Below are positions 14,081-26,203 of a DNA stretch of 64,000 bases, in pieces. The number at the start of each line of letters is the position of its first letter. The first letter of the stretch is position 1. The position numbers were made by a program, and so were the translations under genes. This DNA is from Eledone cirrhosa (taxonomy: Eukaryota), in assembly GCA_964016885.1 (NCBI GenBank), contig OZ024744.1, forward strand, positions 102,424,001-102,488,000, in the 5' to 3' direction. The notes under the pieces were generated by a model that had not been told where the DNA came from, did no database searches, and saw only the letters and a list, made by a program, of their open reading frames with translations.

Positions 14081-14659
14081 TCTATATATCTAAAACAGAG
14101 AATGTCTGTCTGACTCCCTAAAACTCGATCTAAAAAAATCAATCTGTGAACGCAGAAGTAAATATTTCGAAAAACGTTGCAACCGAAGGAAAACAGGAAG
14201 ACGATACTTTGGTTCGTGAAGATGTTCTCTGGCAATGAACGGAAAATAGCGAAGATAATACGTCAGCATTGAGAACAATATTTGTCATAATGCAGACAGC
14301 CAGACATACAGAGATATTATAAAGGCGGGACGTTATAGCTGCCTAATGCGGTCCCTAGGACATTGAAAATTTGAAATACTTTTTGCTCAAACCACTCACA
14401 AGACCATATGTTTAAAATGTGTAAAGTTTGAAAAAAAATCAGTTGGGTGGTTCTCGAGTTTTAGGGAGTCAGACAGACATTCTCTGTTTTAAATATATAT
14501 ATTTATATAATTATATATTCGTGTACAGATATTTTTGCATACACAATAACAAAATATAAACAAACGTATTTATTTCATGAGGGTCGGTATGGATAAATAT
14601 ATATCAAATATATAAGAACCCTAGAGTAAATCCCGAGCAACGCCGGGCCATTCTACTAG
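14081..14659 (+). mobile_element. Non-autonomous Helitron-like element
   Basis: 5' A|TCTATATATC; 3' hairpin CCCGAGCAACGCCGGG (14632-14647) followed by CTAG|T. Inserted between A and T with no TSD. Confidence 0.7.
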
Positions 14660-14879
14660 TATACTACTAAAATGGTGAATATTACATGCTGCTATACAGA
14701 TAACATAATACATACATCCTCTTATGTTATAAACTGCTTCACTGGTTACTTCTGTTGATACGTCGATACAAAATACACTAATACAAACATTAACATTCAC
14801 ACATCTATATCATTATTTAATACTATCTTCTAAAGAACTGAACCTTTAATTCATAAAGGGTCAGTTTCTTTGAGCTAAA

Positions 14880-15200
14880 GAGTGTGTAGCTCAGAGATCA
14901 GAGAGTCATTCTAGGTAGAGCTGCTACTTCTCCAAATTCAGAGATCACAGCTCCGATACGATGGGCATGTGGTTAGAATGTCTCAGGAAAGAATCTCTGG
15001 ACAAATTTTACAGGCAAAACCAGCCAGGAGACACAGGGGTAGACCTTGAACAAAAGGGTTGGATAACATCCATGAGTTTGGCTAGTTTTGCTTCGGGATC
15101 CAACCGGATCAGATGGAAACAGTTGCTTCTGACACAACCCACTGGAAGGAGTGTTTGAGGACTCTGCTCCCATAAATAAGTGGGCAAAAAGATTCTTCTC
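14880..15200 (+). mobile_element. Old LINE 3'-end fragment; related pieces at about 43370-43650 and 51470-51650
   Basis: Shared text GGCATGTGG.AGAATGTCTCAGGAAAGA ... GGTTGGATAA.ATCCAT ... GGAGTGTTTGAG (RTE-like GHV.RM...GRP region). Confidence 0.55.
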
Positions 15201-15799
15201 TTCTCCTCAGCAAACTTATCCATTGTAGACCACCATAGCTTTCCTTAGTCCAAATTCACCCACACATACATATATATATCACCATTGGTTTTACATTGAC
15301 TTTCCTATACTGGCATGGGTTGGACACAACTTTTTAAGACAATGTTTTCCTGATGGATGTCCTTCATGATACCAACTCTTTTAGACGCTCCTTATGGTAT
15401 GCAGGAATACAATGTCCCTATACTAAACTGTATACACACACAACACAAAGTGAAAAGCTGAAAATAGTGATACCATATTTTTATAGGCTGGCTACAATAT
15501 AAGAATCTACTGAAGAGAGAGATATGGTGAAAATATATGTAGAAGGTTTCAGGTGTTGAAAAGTACATTATCACCAGTATTTGATAAGGTACTGTAACAT
15601 TTGATGATTGATTTATTGATCTGGGTCCAATAGGATATTTTCTGTAATAGACTGCTATCTCATCCCACAGGGATAGCTTTCTCCTATTTTCTTAATGCCA
15701 TCATTAAGGTGTTTTATGAAAAGAAAAGGTGGTGGTTTGAGTCTAACTGCAGATTGAGGAATAAACTAAAATGTGAGATGGAGGATGTTATATATATTG

Positions 15800-16938
15800 T
15801 GTCATCATCTAGTCGAGCTTGCTTGGATATTCATGAGCCTAGTTGTGCATCACGATCAAGCATAAGTGTTGGGAGGTCATTAAAGGAGCATCCTATGTCT
15901 CTATATAGTTAGTCAATGTAAGTTAAAGCCGTTCGGCCAAACTTCCTCTGACTGCGGTTAGGTGATCAAAGCATAACATCACTAACAAGGTCTTGCTTTG
16001 ATCACCAGCAGTGTCCTGCAAATTGGATCCTTCATTCCCGGAATATTGCAGATATATCAGGGATGGGATTATAGAACAGTTCTTTAGTAGGATGGTGTGT
16101 CACCAGATATATCAGGTGTGACACTATAGAACAGTACTATATTAGGATGGTGTCACCAGATATATCAGGGATGGGGCTATAGAACAGTTCTTTAGTAGGA
16201 TGGTGTGTCACCAGATATATCAGGTGTGACACTATAGAACAGTTCTTTAGTAGGATGGTGTGTCACCAGATATATCAGGGATGGGATTATAGAACAGTTC
16301 TTTAGTAGGATGGTGTGTCACCAGATATATCAGAGGTGACACTATAGAACAGTTCTATATTAGGATGGTGTGTCACCAGATATATCAGGGATGGGGCTAT
16401 AGAACAGTTCTTTAGTAGGATGGTGTGTCACCAGATATATCACAGATAAGACTATAGAGCAGTTCTATAGTAGAATGGTGTGTCACCAGATATATCACAG
16501 ATAGGACTATAGAGCAGTTCTATAGTAGAATGGTGTGTCACCAGATATATCAGAGGTGACACTATAGAACAGTTCTATAGTAGGATGGTGTGTCTATGAC
16601 ATAATAATTACAGCCGTCAGCATCCGTGTATAATTTCCATCAAGTTTGGATTCTCAGTGTCCAAGCAATGGCACCATATATCAAGACAGATTCTACAGTG
16701 GCACGGAAGGTGCGTTTTAGGTTGTCTAGATCAGATATTGAAGCCAATGATGCGTTCACAGAGTCCAACGTCATTTGCAGCTTTCTCAAGATGAGAAAGG
16801 ATTGTGCATCAGCTACCACAGCTAGATCATCTGCGTAAGTGACACAAGTCAATTTCTTCCCAGGGTGACGATTGGATAACCTTGGAGACAAGGTAAATCC
16901 CAAGTCATAATGTTTATCAAAAGATGTTCTTAGGACAT
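15800..16938 (-). mobile_element. RTE LINE 3' half (copy 2) containing the short 55-bp array
   Basis: Minus strand: YADDL, RATVESVLIYGAIAWTL, then THHPTKELFYNPIPDISAIFRE*RIQFAGHCW*SKQDLVSDVML*SPNRSQRKFGRTALTYID, ending in a GATGATGAC tail at about 15800. Confidence 0.88.
16050..16594. repeat. 10-unit array of the same 55-bp monomer, inside the RTE ORF
   Basis: GATATATC recurs at about 16051, 16106, 16159, 16214 and onward to 16544. A mix of GGGATGGGATT..TTCTTTAG (ancestral) and GTGTGACACT..TTCTATAG (derived) units. Confidence 0.95.
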
Positions 16939-18064
16939 TTTCTTCTTATCATGTCCACAAGGCTGTCAGCTACAAAGCTTGGCTAGATGTAGTTCTGCCT
17001 CAACTGAACACATTACTGTCTTTTCTCATTAAACTCTGCCAAGTCCAATACTGTTCCAGCAGGGGGAATGTCAGGAGGTCCTGTGTAGTTTGTAGTTTGA
17101 TGCCATAGAGTTCTGTACATTCCTTTGAAAGTCCAGGTATATATTCAACTCTACAGCCTCGTGGGATATGTTTCCAAGCAGTTTTCAGCACGAGGTTAGC
17201 AAAGAGGTTGTAGTTATTGCTTGTTGGTATTGGATTGGGAGTATCGGTAGAAGGTCGGATGCCATGCTTTGCAGCATAGAGTTACGCCCCTTTATGGTCT
17301 GAGTTCAAATCCCGCCGAGGTTAACTTTGCCTTTCATCCTTAAGGGGTCGATAAAATAAAGTACCAGTAATGTACTGAGATAATCATTGGTCTTGTGCCA
17401 AAAGTAGAAACAATTATGTTTGATCTTCTCTTCCAGCTCATTGGTGAAACCTTTCTAGTAGCAGAAGCACCTTTTAAAAGGCACGATGGTTGGAACTGAA
17501 GCTACATTGGACGGTGTTGGCTTGATGGAATAGGATCCAGAACAGTCTTTTACACAGTCCAGTGATGTTACTTGTGACCATGGTGAGATCTAGGTTATAG
17601 CCACGTTTCCAACGACCACTGAAAAACGAGTGTCGTAGCTTGGAGTCATGGATAAGACTCAGTTGATCAATATCCATCCAGTTCTCTACTGCTTCTCCAT
17701 CCTTGTTCAGTTCAGGTTAGCCCCACTGGGTAGTGTGGCTATTGAAGTCACTGATAATGATCTGTGGTTTGCTGGGTACTTTGGTGATTGGCTGGGAAAA
17801 CAAAGTCTACAAGTGATGGTTTATAGACAGATGTTACTGTTACACTGTTTAGCTCAACAGATAAGACTTTGATGTCATGATCAGCTGACATATCCATTTC
17901 TTCTATAGATAAGCCTGTTTTTACAAACACAGCACTGCCGTACTGCCGATGGGGTCGCTCAATGGCCAGGACCATTTCAGATATGGCAGGATGGTTGTTT
18001 TCACTTCCTATGTGTTTGTCAATCTCATCAATACTCCCAGGGCCACTCCTATCTTGACCCCCAA
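16939..18064 (-). mobile_element. Vingi-like LINE copy 2, both termini present, ~1.6-kb internal deletion
   Basis: Near-identical to 8179-8347 plus 9930-10642. Flanked by the TSD AGGACAT (16932-16938 and 18065-18071). Removing it restores the RTE frame QGDTLAPILFVITLDYVLRTSFDKHYDLGFTL. Confidence 0.8.
17230..17415 (+). mobile_element. tRNA-derived SINE inserted in Vingi copy 2; related minus-strand copy at about 48440-48595
   Basis: B-box-like GAGTTCAAATCC, then GAGGTTAACTTTGCCTTTCATCC..GGGGTCGATAAAATAAAGTACCAGT. Absent at the equivalent site (about 10055) in copy 1. Confidence 0.75.
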
Positions 18065-18245
18065 AGGACATAATCCAGAGTAATTACAAATAGAATGGGG
18101 GCTAATGTATCACCCTGAAAAACTCCTGCCAAGATGGCAAAAAAATCAGTGTCTCATCAGGGGATCTCACCAAAGACTTAGTGTTTCTGAACAACTTTTT
18201 GTTGACTTCTCTAAGGCTTTCAATTCAGTACACAGAGGAAAAATC
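18065..18245. mobile_element. 5' remainder of the host RTE with an inverted segment
   Basis: 18065-18150 minus strand reads TDFFAILAGVFQGDTLAPILF; 18190-18243 plus strand reads LFVDFSKAFNSVHRGK. Confidence 0.7.
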
Positions 18246-18629
18246 AATTGTGTAGTTCATCTGAAATATTGATGTTAATGGACAGTTGAGATAAAACATC
18301 AGAGTCTAAGGTGGAAAGAAGGAATTACAGGTTACATCAAACATATTTCTTTCTAGAAATTTATGGCATTTGTAATAATCATGTTCTTATAAAAAAAAAT
18401 TAAGTATGTAGTTTCTTTAACTGCAGTTTTCAGTCTTTTCCTTTTGGTTAAAAATAAAATCTTGTATAAGGAAAACTCCAATAGTTTTTCACAGGCAGAC
18501 TTTTCTCTGTCTTGCTAACCCCTAAAAGCCTTTTTTCAGTCTACATGTCACAGTTAACATTTGAATGTTTAGCTTGCTATAAATTTTCTTGCATCAAACT
18601 TTAAAAGGATTTATTTTGTTGAACATATA

Positions 18630-18905
18630 GAGACATGTGACCTAGTGGTAAAGGTGTTGAACTTATAATCATATCATAGGATAGATTCCTGGGCTGGGTT
18701 GCGTGTTGTGTTCTTGAGCAAAACACTTCATTTCACGTTGCTCCAGTATACTCAGCTGAAAATGAGTACCAGCAATAGCTGGGGACTTAAACTTGTGATG
18801 GACTGGCGTCCTGTCCAGGGGGTAGTCTTGTACTCTCAGTCGCTTCATGTCACGAAACTGGGATAAGCACCGGCCTAACGAGTCTTCTGGCTTGAGACAG
18901 ACTTT
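18630..18905 (+). mobile_element. tRNA-derived SINE with CORE-like body; partial copy at 27033-27190
   Basis: A-box-like GACCTAGTGG, TTCTTGAGCAAAACACTTCATTTCACGTTGCTCCAGT, GATGGACTGGCGTCCTGTCCAGGGG. Confidence 0.7.
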
Positions 18906-19849
18906 AAAACATATTGAAATGAAAGTAATAAAAGCAATGTCTTCTATAATGTTATAGAGTTTAATAGAAGAAAGGCAGAGGAGGCACATCATCTATTAAT
19001 AGCTAAATATCATTGGAAGGTAGAACTGGTATAACATTTTACCATCTGAACAACACTAAACCTCTCAAAGATGACACAGGATCAAGATATCTGGTGTTAT
19101 GCTGTACTGTGGAAGATCTGCCTTCCCATGTGTATGGGATGAAACAAACATGTAGAGGACACTAGTTTGCACCAATCTTCTTCCTACATAATTTTAACCC
19201 CCGAAGCTAAATATCTCACTCAACCCATCCATGTCTTTCCACCCCTAACTCTCCCCTTTCTCATCCCTGATTTGTCCAACCCATGCATAGAAAGATGGAC
19301 AAAAAAGCGCACTAAGTCCACCTTGTAGAGTGGTTATGCTGGTGACGCATGATAAAAACCACCCAGTCAACACTGTTGTATGTGGTTGGTGTTAGGATGG
19401 GCAGCCAGCTGTAAGGTCTCCTGACCTGACTTGTCTCATAATAAGACAACCAGTCTAACCCCATGCAAGCGTGGAAAAATAGATGACGACGATGCTGAGG
19501 TCATGCTGGGGCACGGCACTTATAATTTTGGAAATAATCAAAATTCTGGAGAGATTTAGTATTATAATTAACTTTCTCATTATTAAGCTGGTGTCTGGAG
19601 AAGGAATTGACCAACAAGATGCCAGACCTTATTAGCTTACCGAGTGGGGCAGACCTTGTAAAATCAGACCAAGGAAACTATGTTCCCATTACAACATGAA
19701 ATAAAGTGTCTTTCTCAAGAACATAGCATCACTCGGTTCAGGATCTTTTCTTGATGGAAAAAAAACGAAAAAACTTACATATCATTACGATGGAAGTTTT
19801 TTTTATTTATTACAAATATATCTAGAATAAGGACGGGTTGGAAGAAGTT

Positions 19850-20222
19850 TAGAGAGCTGCTTCCTCTGCTGACAAAGAAGGGTTTCTCCCTGCATACGAA
19901 AGGTCGGTTATATGATGCCTGTGTGAGGTGCGCGATGCTGCTGGATGTGCAATGTCAATGCGCATGAACGACCAAGCATAGATGAGCTGACAGAGGAAAA
20001 GTGTGTAAGAGGGATAAGTTGTACTGTGCGGGAGAGAAATTTGCGCTGGTATGGACATATGATGTGCATAGAGGATAACCACGAAAACTGGGTCGGAGGT
20101 GGTGAGAGCAGACCTCAGATTGCTGAAGCTCACGAAGGACCGTGACAAGTGGACAGAATCTGTGCTGAATAAGACCTGTCCCACCCTTGCAAGCAAGGAA
20201 AAGCAGACGTAAAATGATGATA
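19850..20222 (+). mobile_element. RTE LINE 3' fragment
   Basis: RGISCTVRERNLRWYGHMM; ends GACGTAAAATGATGA. Confidence 0.7.
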
Positions 20223-20542
20223 AACCCATTAAAATAAGGTTTTCATGGTAGAATAAAGAGAAGTTTCAGGCAGTTGGGTATCAAAAGGATTAATTTGATT
20301 TTCCAAGCAATAGCTCTCCTTCTGTATATAGTACAATATACTATAATTGTTATATGTAATACATTACAAATATAATGTCATTCATAAACACAAAGAAGCA
20401 AACATACGCCATGTCCGAATACACAAGAGCCAAACCCCCACTGTCATCGCCCTCCCTATCTCATACATACACCAGGTCTGAATACAGAGGACCCGAACAC
20501 CCAGTCATCGCCTCCATCTCTCTATTATGAGAAAATGGGGTC

Positions 20543-20750
20543 TCACGTGCTGGCTGCCCAATGGGTCAGATAGAGAATGGTAAGGGAGATGTGCTGGGAG
20601 TGCCATTCCAACTCACGAGGCTCACACCTGCAGCTAGCCAGCTCAGTTCCTATGGTGATGAGTAGGAAGGTAGCCCTAGGGCCAAGGATACCAGATATCT
20701 CCACTACAAACCTGTCGGAGAGCGACCAATACTTGGAGAGTTTACCCTCT
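20543..20750 (-). mobile_element. Fragment resembling the C-terminal restriction-like endonuclease region of CRE-type non-LTR retrotransposons
   Basis: KYWSLSDRFVVEISGILGPRATFLLITIGTELASCRCEPRELEWHSQHISLTI resembles the recalled pattern KY..L...F...ET.G..G..A..FL..IG..+A.....PRE..+L.QR+S+A+. Confidence 0.5.
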
Positions 20751-20751
20751 T

Positions 20752-21130
20752 TCATCATCATCATCATTTAACGTCTATCTTCCACGCTAGCATGGGTTAG
20801 ACGGGAATTGTCCCACTTGAGGCAAGATTGGTCGGGTGACAGTGTCTCGCTTGTATCGGACTGTATCTGGCAGGTTTTCTACAACTGGATGCCCTTCCTA
20901 ACACCAACCACATTTACAATGTGAACTGGGAGCCTTTTTACCGTGTCTCTTGCACGACCACTTTACAGTATGGACTGTGTTCTTTTGTGGACACCTACAC
21001 AACCACTGTAGTGTGGACTGGATGTTCTGTGGTACCAACACAACTTTACAGAGAAAGGGTGGTATTGGTGGGAGTGGGAGGATGGAGTAGGGGTAGTGGG
21101 TTGGGGTATATATTTGGTTAAGTGGTGGCT
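20752..21130 (-). mobile_element. RTE 3'-UTR / RTE-tailed SINE
   Basis: Plus-strand (CAT)n-TTAACGTC.ATCTTCCACGCTAGCATGGGTTAGACGG ... GGATGCCCTTCCTAACACCAACCAC. Confidence 0.75.
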
Positions 21131-21669
21131 ACTGACTGTAGAGAGCAGCAACATTAACTATAGGTATTAAAGTGTCCTAAATAATATATTGTCGGTTAAA
21201 TGTTGATGCAATAAAAGAATTCACACAGAATAAAATAAAGAATCTTGAACAGATGCCAATTCAAGTTAATCATGGATCATCAAATCAAATATTTTTTTGT
21301 AATGAATTATTTAGAAACGTCAAATTTACATAAATGCACAAGTGGAAAAAAAAAAAAAAAAATTAATAAAAGAGTCCTTTAAAAAATTTTTTATTATAAC
21401 AAATGATAGACAAAGGGTCATCTCTCCATTTTCATTATTTTTTTTTTTTTTTTTTTTTGGAAAATCTAATATCTTCCTATTAGAAATATTTTAATGATTT
21501 ATTTAGCTTAAAAAATAGTGTACATAACTGCATTTTCGAAACTGTCTAATTCTCAAAATAGAAAAATAAAAGCAAAAACAGAATGGTGAAATTGTTATAA
21601 TAAGTATAATGATAGCATTATTATTATTATAATAATGTATGTATTTGTATCTATATATGTACACAATTA

Positions 21670-21710
<41 letters not shown>

Positions 21711-21917
21711 TATATGTGTTTGTGTGCGTGAGGATTATTAAGTAATGAATAACAAACTTTTTTTAACTGGCAAAAGGAGTCAATACTGGATACAGAGTCC
21801 TCAAATTTATTTTTAAAAAAAAAAGGGCTTGACAGTGACTTTAAGCTTTGCCGATTTTAAATCTTGTTCAAACAAACATTTAGACAGGCAAAGCTTAAAG
21901 CAGCAGCTGACCCTTCC

Positions 21918-22722
<805 letters not shown>

Positions 22723-23477
22723 CTTAAACATGTATTTATAAAATTGTTTCGGGAGCATCAACCATGTAAATTCAAACAGTAAGAAAATTATTAATGGGCA
22801 AAATGTTGTTTTCGAAATATTTAATTAATGAAATTTTATTAGAAGCTACTTAATATAAATATGGGTAATTAATATCTTGAATTTATTGCTAATTTATTTT
22901 GTAACTATACCAACTAAATTTATAACACTAGTATTAAGATATTGGTTTATTTGTTTAAATAAATTATATTTTTCAAACATTACCAATATAAGTTACTTTA
23001 ACATTCCTTTAGTGACTTGAAATTTAATTATTTATATTGTAAAATTTAAAAACAAGTTATTAAAATTGAAAATATTTTGTACTTTTTTTGTTAGCAATAT
23101 TTAGCAGACATCAATACTATTTTGTCAACACTGAGGTGTCAGCAAATTGAAGTATTATTTAGCTTTGGTTAGTACTTAAAATACTTGAGCTGACACAATT
23201 TTAAACTAGCATCACTTATAAAATGATACAGCTATCATGGTGGCCCACAACTATCCATAGCAAATAAAACATGTTACTAATTACATTTGCAAAAGTTCAT
23301 TGAAAAAAAAAAAAAAAAAATGAAAGCTGAAAGCAAATGCATTATATATTACAATAATAATTAAAAAAACAATAACGTCCTTCAAATACTTCAAACTTGA
23401 CGAAAATATGGCATAATGAAAATGGTAGTGAAGTGTATAATGAACTGATGGTAGTAATCATGAGTTATGATAGTGAA

Positions 23478-23553
23478 TATGATGATGATGATGATGACGA
23501 CGATGATAATGATGAAGTTAATGAGGAGGAGGAGGAGGAGGAGGAGGAAGAAG
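23478..23553. repeat. (GAT)n/(GAG)n trinucleotide repeat
   Basis: Direct inspection. Confidence 0.9.
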
Positions 23554-26203
23554 AGGCTGTTCAGGATTATGTAAGTAAACTAAAATAAATATTTTAAATA
23601 CATCTATGGCATCCATGAAAATTCAATATCTAAATATAATTAAAATAAAATACCAAAAAAAAAAAAAAAATTTAAATAAACAAACAAACAATTTTAATAA
23701 TAATTTGCAGATTAAGGGTCAGATTTATTATCTAACCTATGAGAGGGAGCTTTTCCATAAGATATGCAGAAAATAAAGCATTATTATTTTATACATTGGC
23801 AAAGGCTGTAAGAATAAACACCCATATGAATAATACTTTTTGTTCGAGTGGTTGTTAAATCTTAAAGAATCTGAATTTAATCAACTTTATAGAGTAATTT
23901 ACTGAGCAATCACTCAGAAAAGTACTTTAATTTCATTGCTGACATTATTTGTTTTTGGACTTGGAGTAAGTAAGCTGAGGAAATTGTATTCACCAAATAA
24001 AATATTCACTGTTGCAATTCCAAGGATTAAAAGCATTATTTAAAAATTTATTTGTACAATTTTAAATCAAAAATCATGTCACAACGCAAAATAATTAGGG
24101 ATTTAACCAATGATAGTAAAAAATATTTGTTTTTTAAACTAAGACAAACAGCAAGAAATAAAACAAACCATATATATTGGGAAGATAATTACTATATCAT
24201 TGTTTAATAAAGTCTGTTGCTTCAGTTTCTTTATAACAGTAAATTATGAGACCAATTTTAGTTTTGAAAAAAAAAAAAGAAAGAAAGAAAAAAAAGAAGA
24301 AAAAAAAGAAAGAAACTGAGCATATACCAGTTTACTTTGATATTTCTCTGGCAAAAGAAATCAACAAATGCCAATAATGTCTTTAATGATGGTGAATGTT
24401 GTACAATCACTCATATACACAATAACTTGAAGCCTTACAAGGTTTATAAAGTATCATGCTCAAATGAAAAATAAAATTAAAAATATTTTCTTATTAAACA
24501 AAAGAAAATATTTATGCTTACTTTACATAAAATGAATTTTGATGAATGATAATTTGATAATACAATCTCTTTGACATCATTGCAGTATGCATATTGGAAG
24601 AATATAGAAATAATACATATTTGCATATAACAAGACTAATATTAAACAATGATTAAGTCTATTTTGAATTTCTAAAGGTAGAGAAAAAAAATAATGGGGA
24701 AGAAAATTCAGTGTTATGGAATGGTTTCTCATGTTTTAGGCATTTTTTTTTTTATAGCTGATATAATAATATGTACACAGTTGGCTCTGTAGTCTAACAA
24801 GACTTCAGTTTATAAGTCATTGATGAGGATGTAAATTTAACACCTGAAATCTTTCGTTATAAATAATAAGAAACTATTTATAACATAATTCAAATGCATA
24901 AAGTTATGAAATTAATGAAAGATATTTGAGGCATTTATCATAATTGATGAAAGGCAGTAATAATCTGCAATAAACTATCTCTAAAGTTTCTCAATAGAAT
25001 TCAAAATAAGCTTTATCTAGAATAAAACTGGATATATTTAAATTTTGATGATTACTTAGTGTTGAATTAGATAAATTTAGTATAAACAAAAGTAAACTAT
25101 ATTACATTTGAATTGATCAAAATTTGTCAAATTCTGGGATGGAATTATATATAATAAAACTGATAAGCATCACTGTTTCTAGAATATCATTCTGCTAAAA
25201 AAAAAACATTAAACTGCTTGTCTATTTTATTTTAGTGTTATCAAGAAGAACATAAATATCCGTGAGAGTTATCTAAATTACTGGTGATTTTTAAGAAGAG
25301 CACACTACTTTAAGGTAATTTTTGTTAACTAAAAGATTAGTTAAAATATTTTATTTGGTTATTTTCTAAACTTTACACCAAAGATTTTCTTCTTCCAACT
25401 GAAGCAATACTGCAAGAGAGTATGAAAACTTGAGCTATCTTTACAATAATAATAATAATAATAAAATGATGTTATGAAAAATGTTCCAATTTTAAAGATT
25501 TTACATTAATTATCAGCACATTTATTAGATATTGTTTTGTTGTTTTTTTTAAATATTTCTCAAGGCTAAATCTGTTTCTAAACTAAAATTTACATGATAG
25601 AGGTTAGATAACCTATAACCTAAAATTTATTTAAAAAAAAAAAAAAAAAAAAAAAGTGTTTATAATTATAATTAATCTCTAAATTACATGAAAATACTAT
25701 TCTGTTGTACCTGTTGATATGAGTAGTTTACAATAGATCAAACATTCAGAAGAGAATAGGCAAGTTAAAATATGATTAGATAAAATTTACACACATGCAT
25801 AATTAGATGTGTATATAAATTTATATACACATATCAAATGTGTATATGAATTCATATACAGATGCCTGTATTATCAACATTTTAAAGGAATTTATTTCTA
25901 ATTACTCTTTTAATAAATTTATAAAAATAATTTTTAAAAATCATTTCGAATAATGTTTAAATACCGTTAAAAATAATTGTTAATGTTTAACATCTACCTT
26001 TGACATTTTCAATGAGTAAGAATACATAGTTTCATGACACTAAAAATGGTGTACAATCTTTCATAGCTGTTTATCTGCAGTGCTGGAACTAGACCTATTG
26101 CTAGTTAAGTTGAAGTTAAACTAAAGTTTATGCAGAGTTTCTTCCAAACATTTCTTGGATTCACCTGGAACTTTTTTTTTTTTAAACATACATTTAAATT
26201 CTA

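Noticed and set aside
17230-18720. tRNA genes suggested by A/B-box-like motifs
   Set aside because: No cloverleaf; the motifs run into SINE bodies.
23397-23588. Acidic D/E-rich 63-aa ORF with a GTAAGT near its end
   Set aside because: Explained by GAT/GAG repeats. No partner exons found, and it lies antisense to the probable SLC6 3' UTR.
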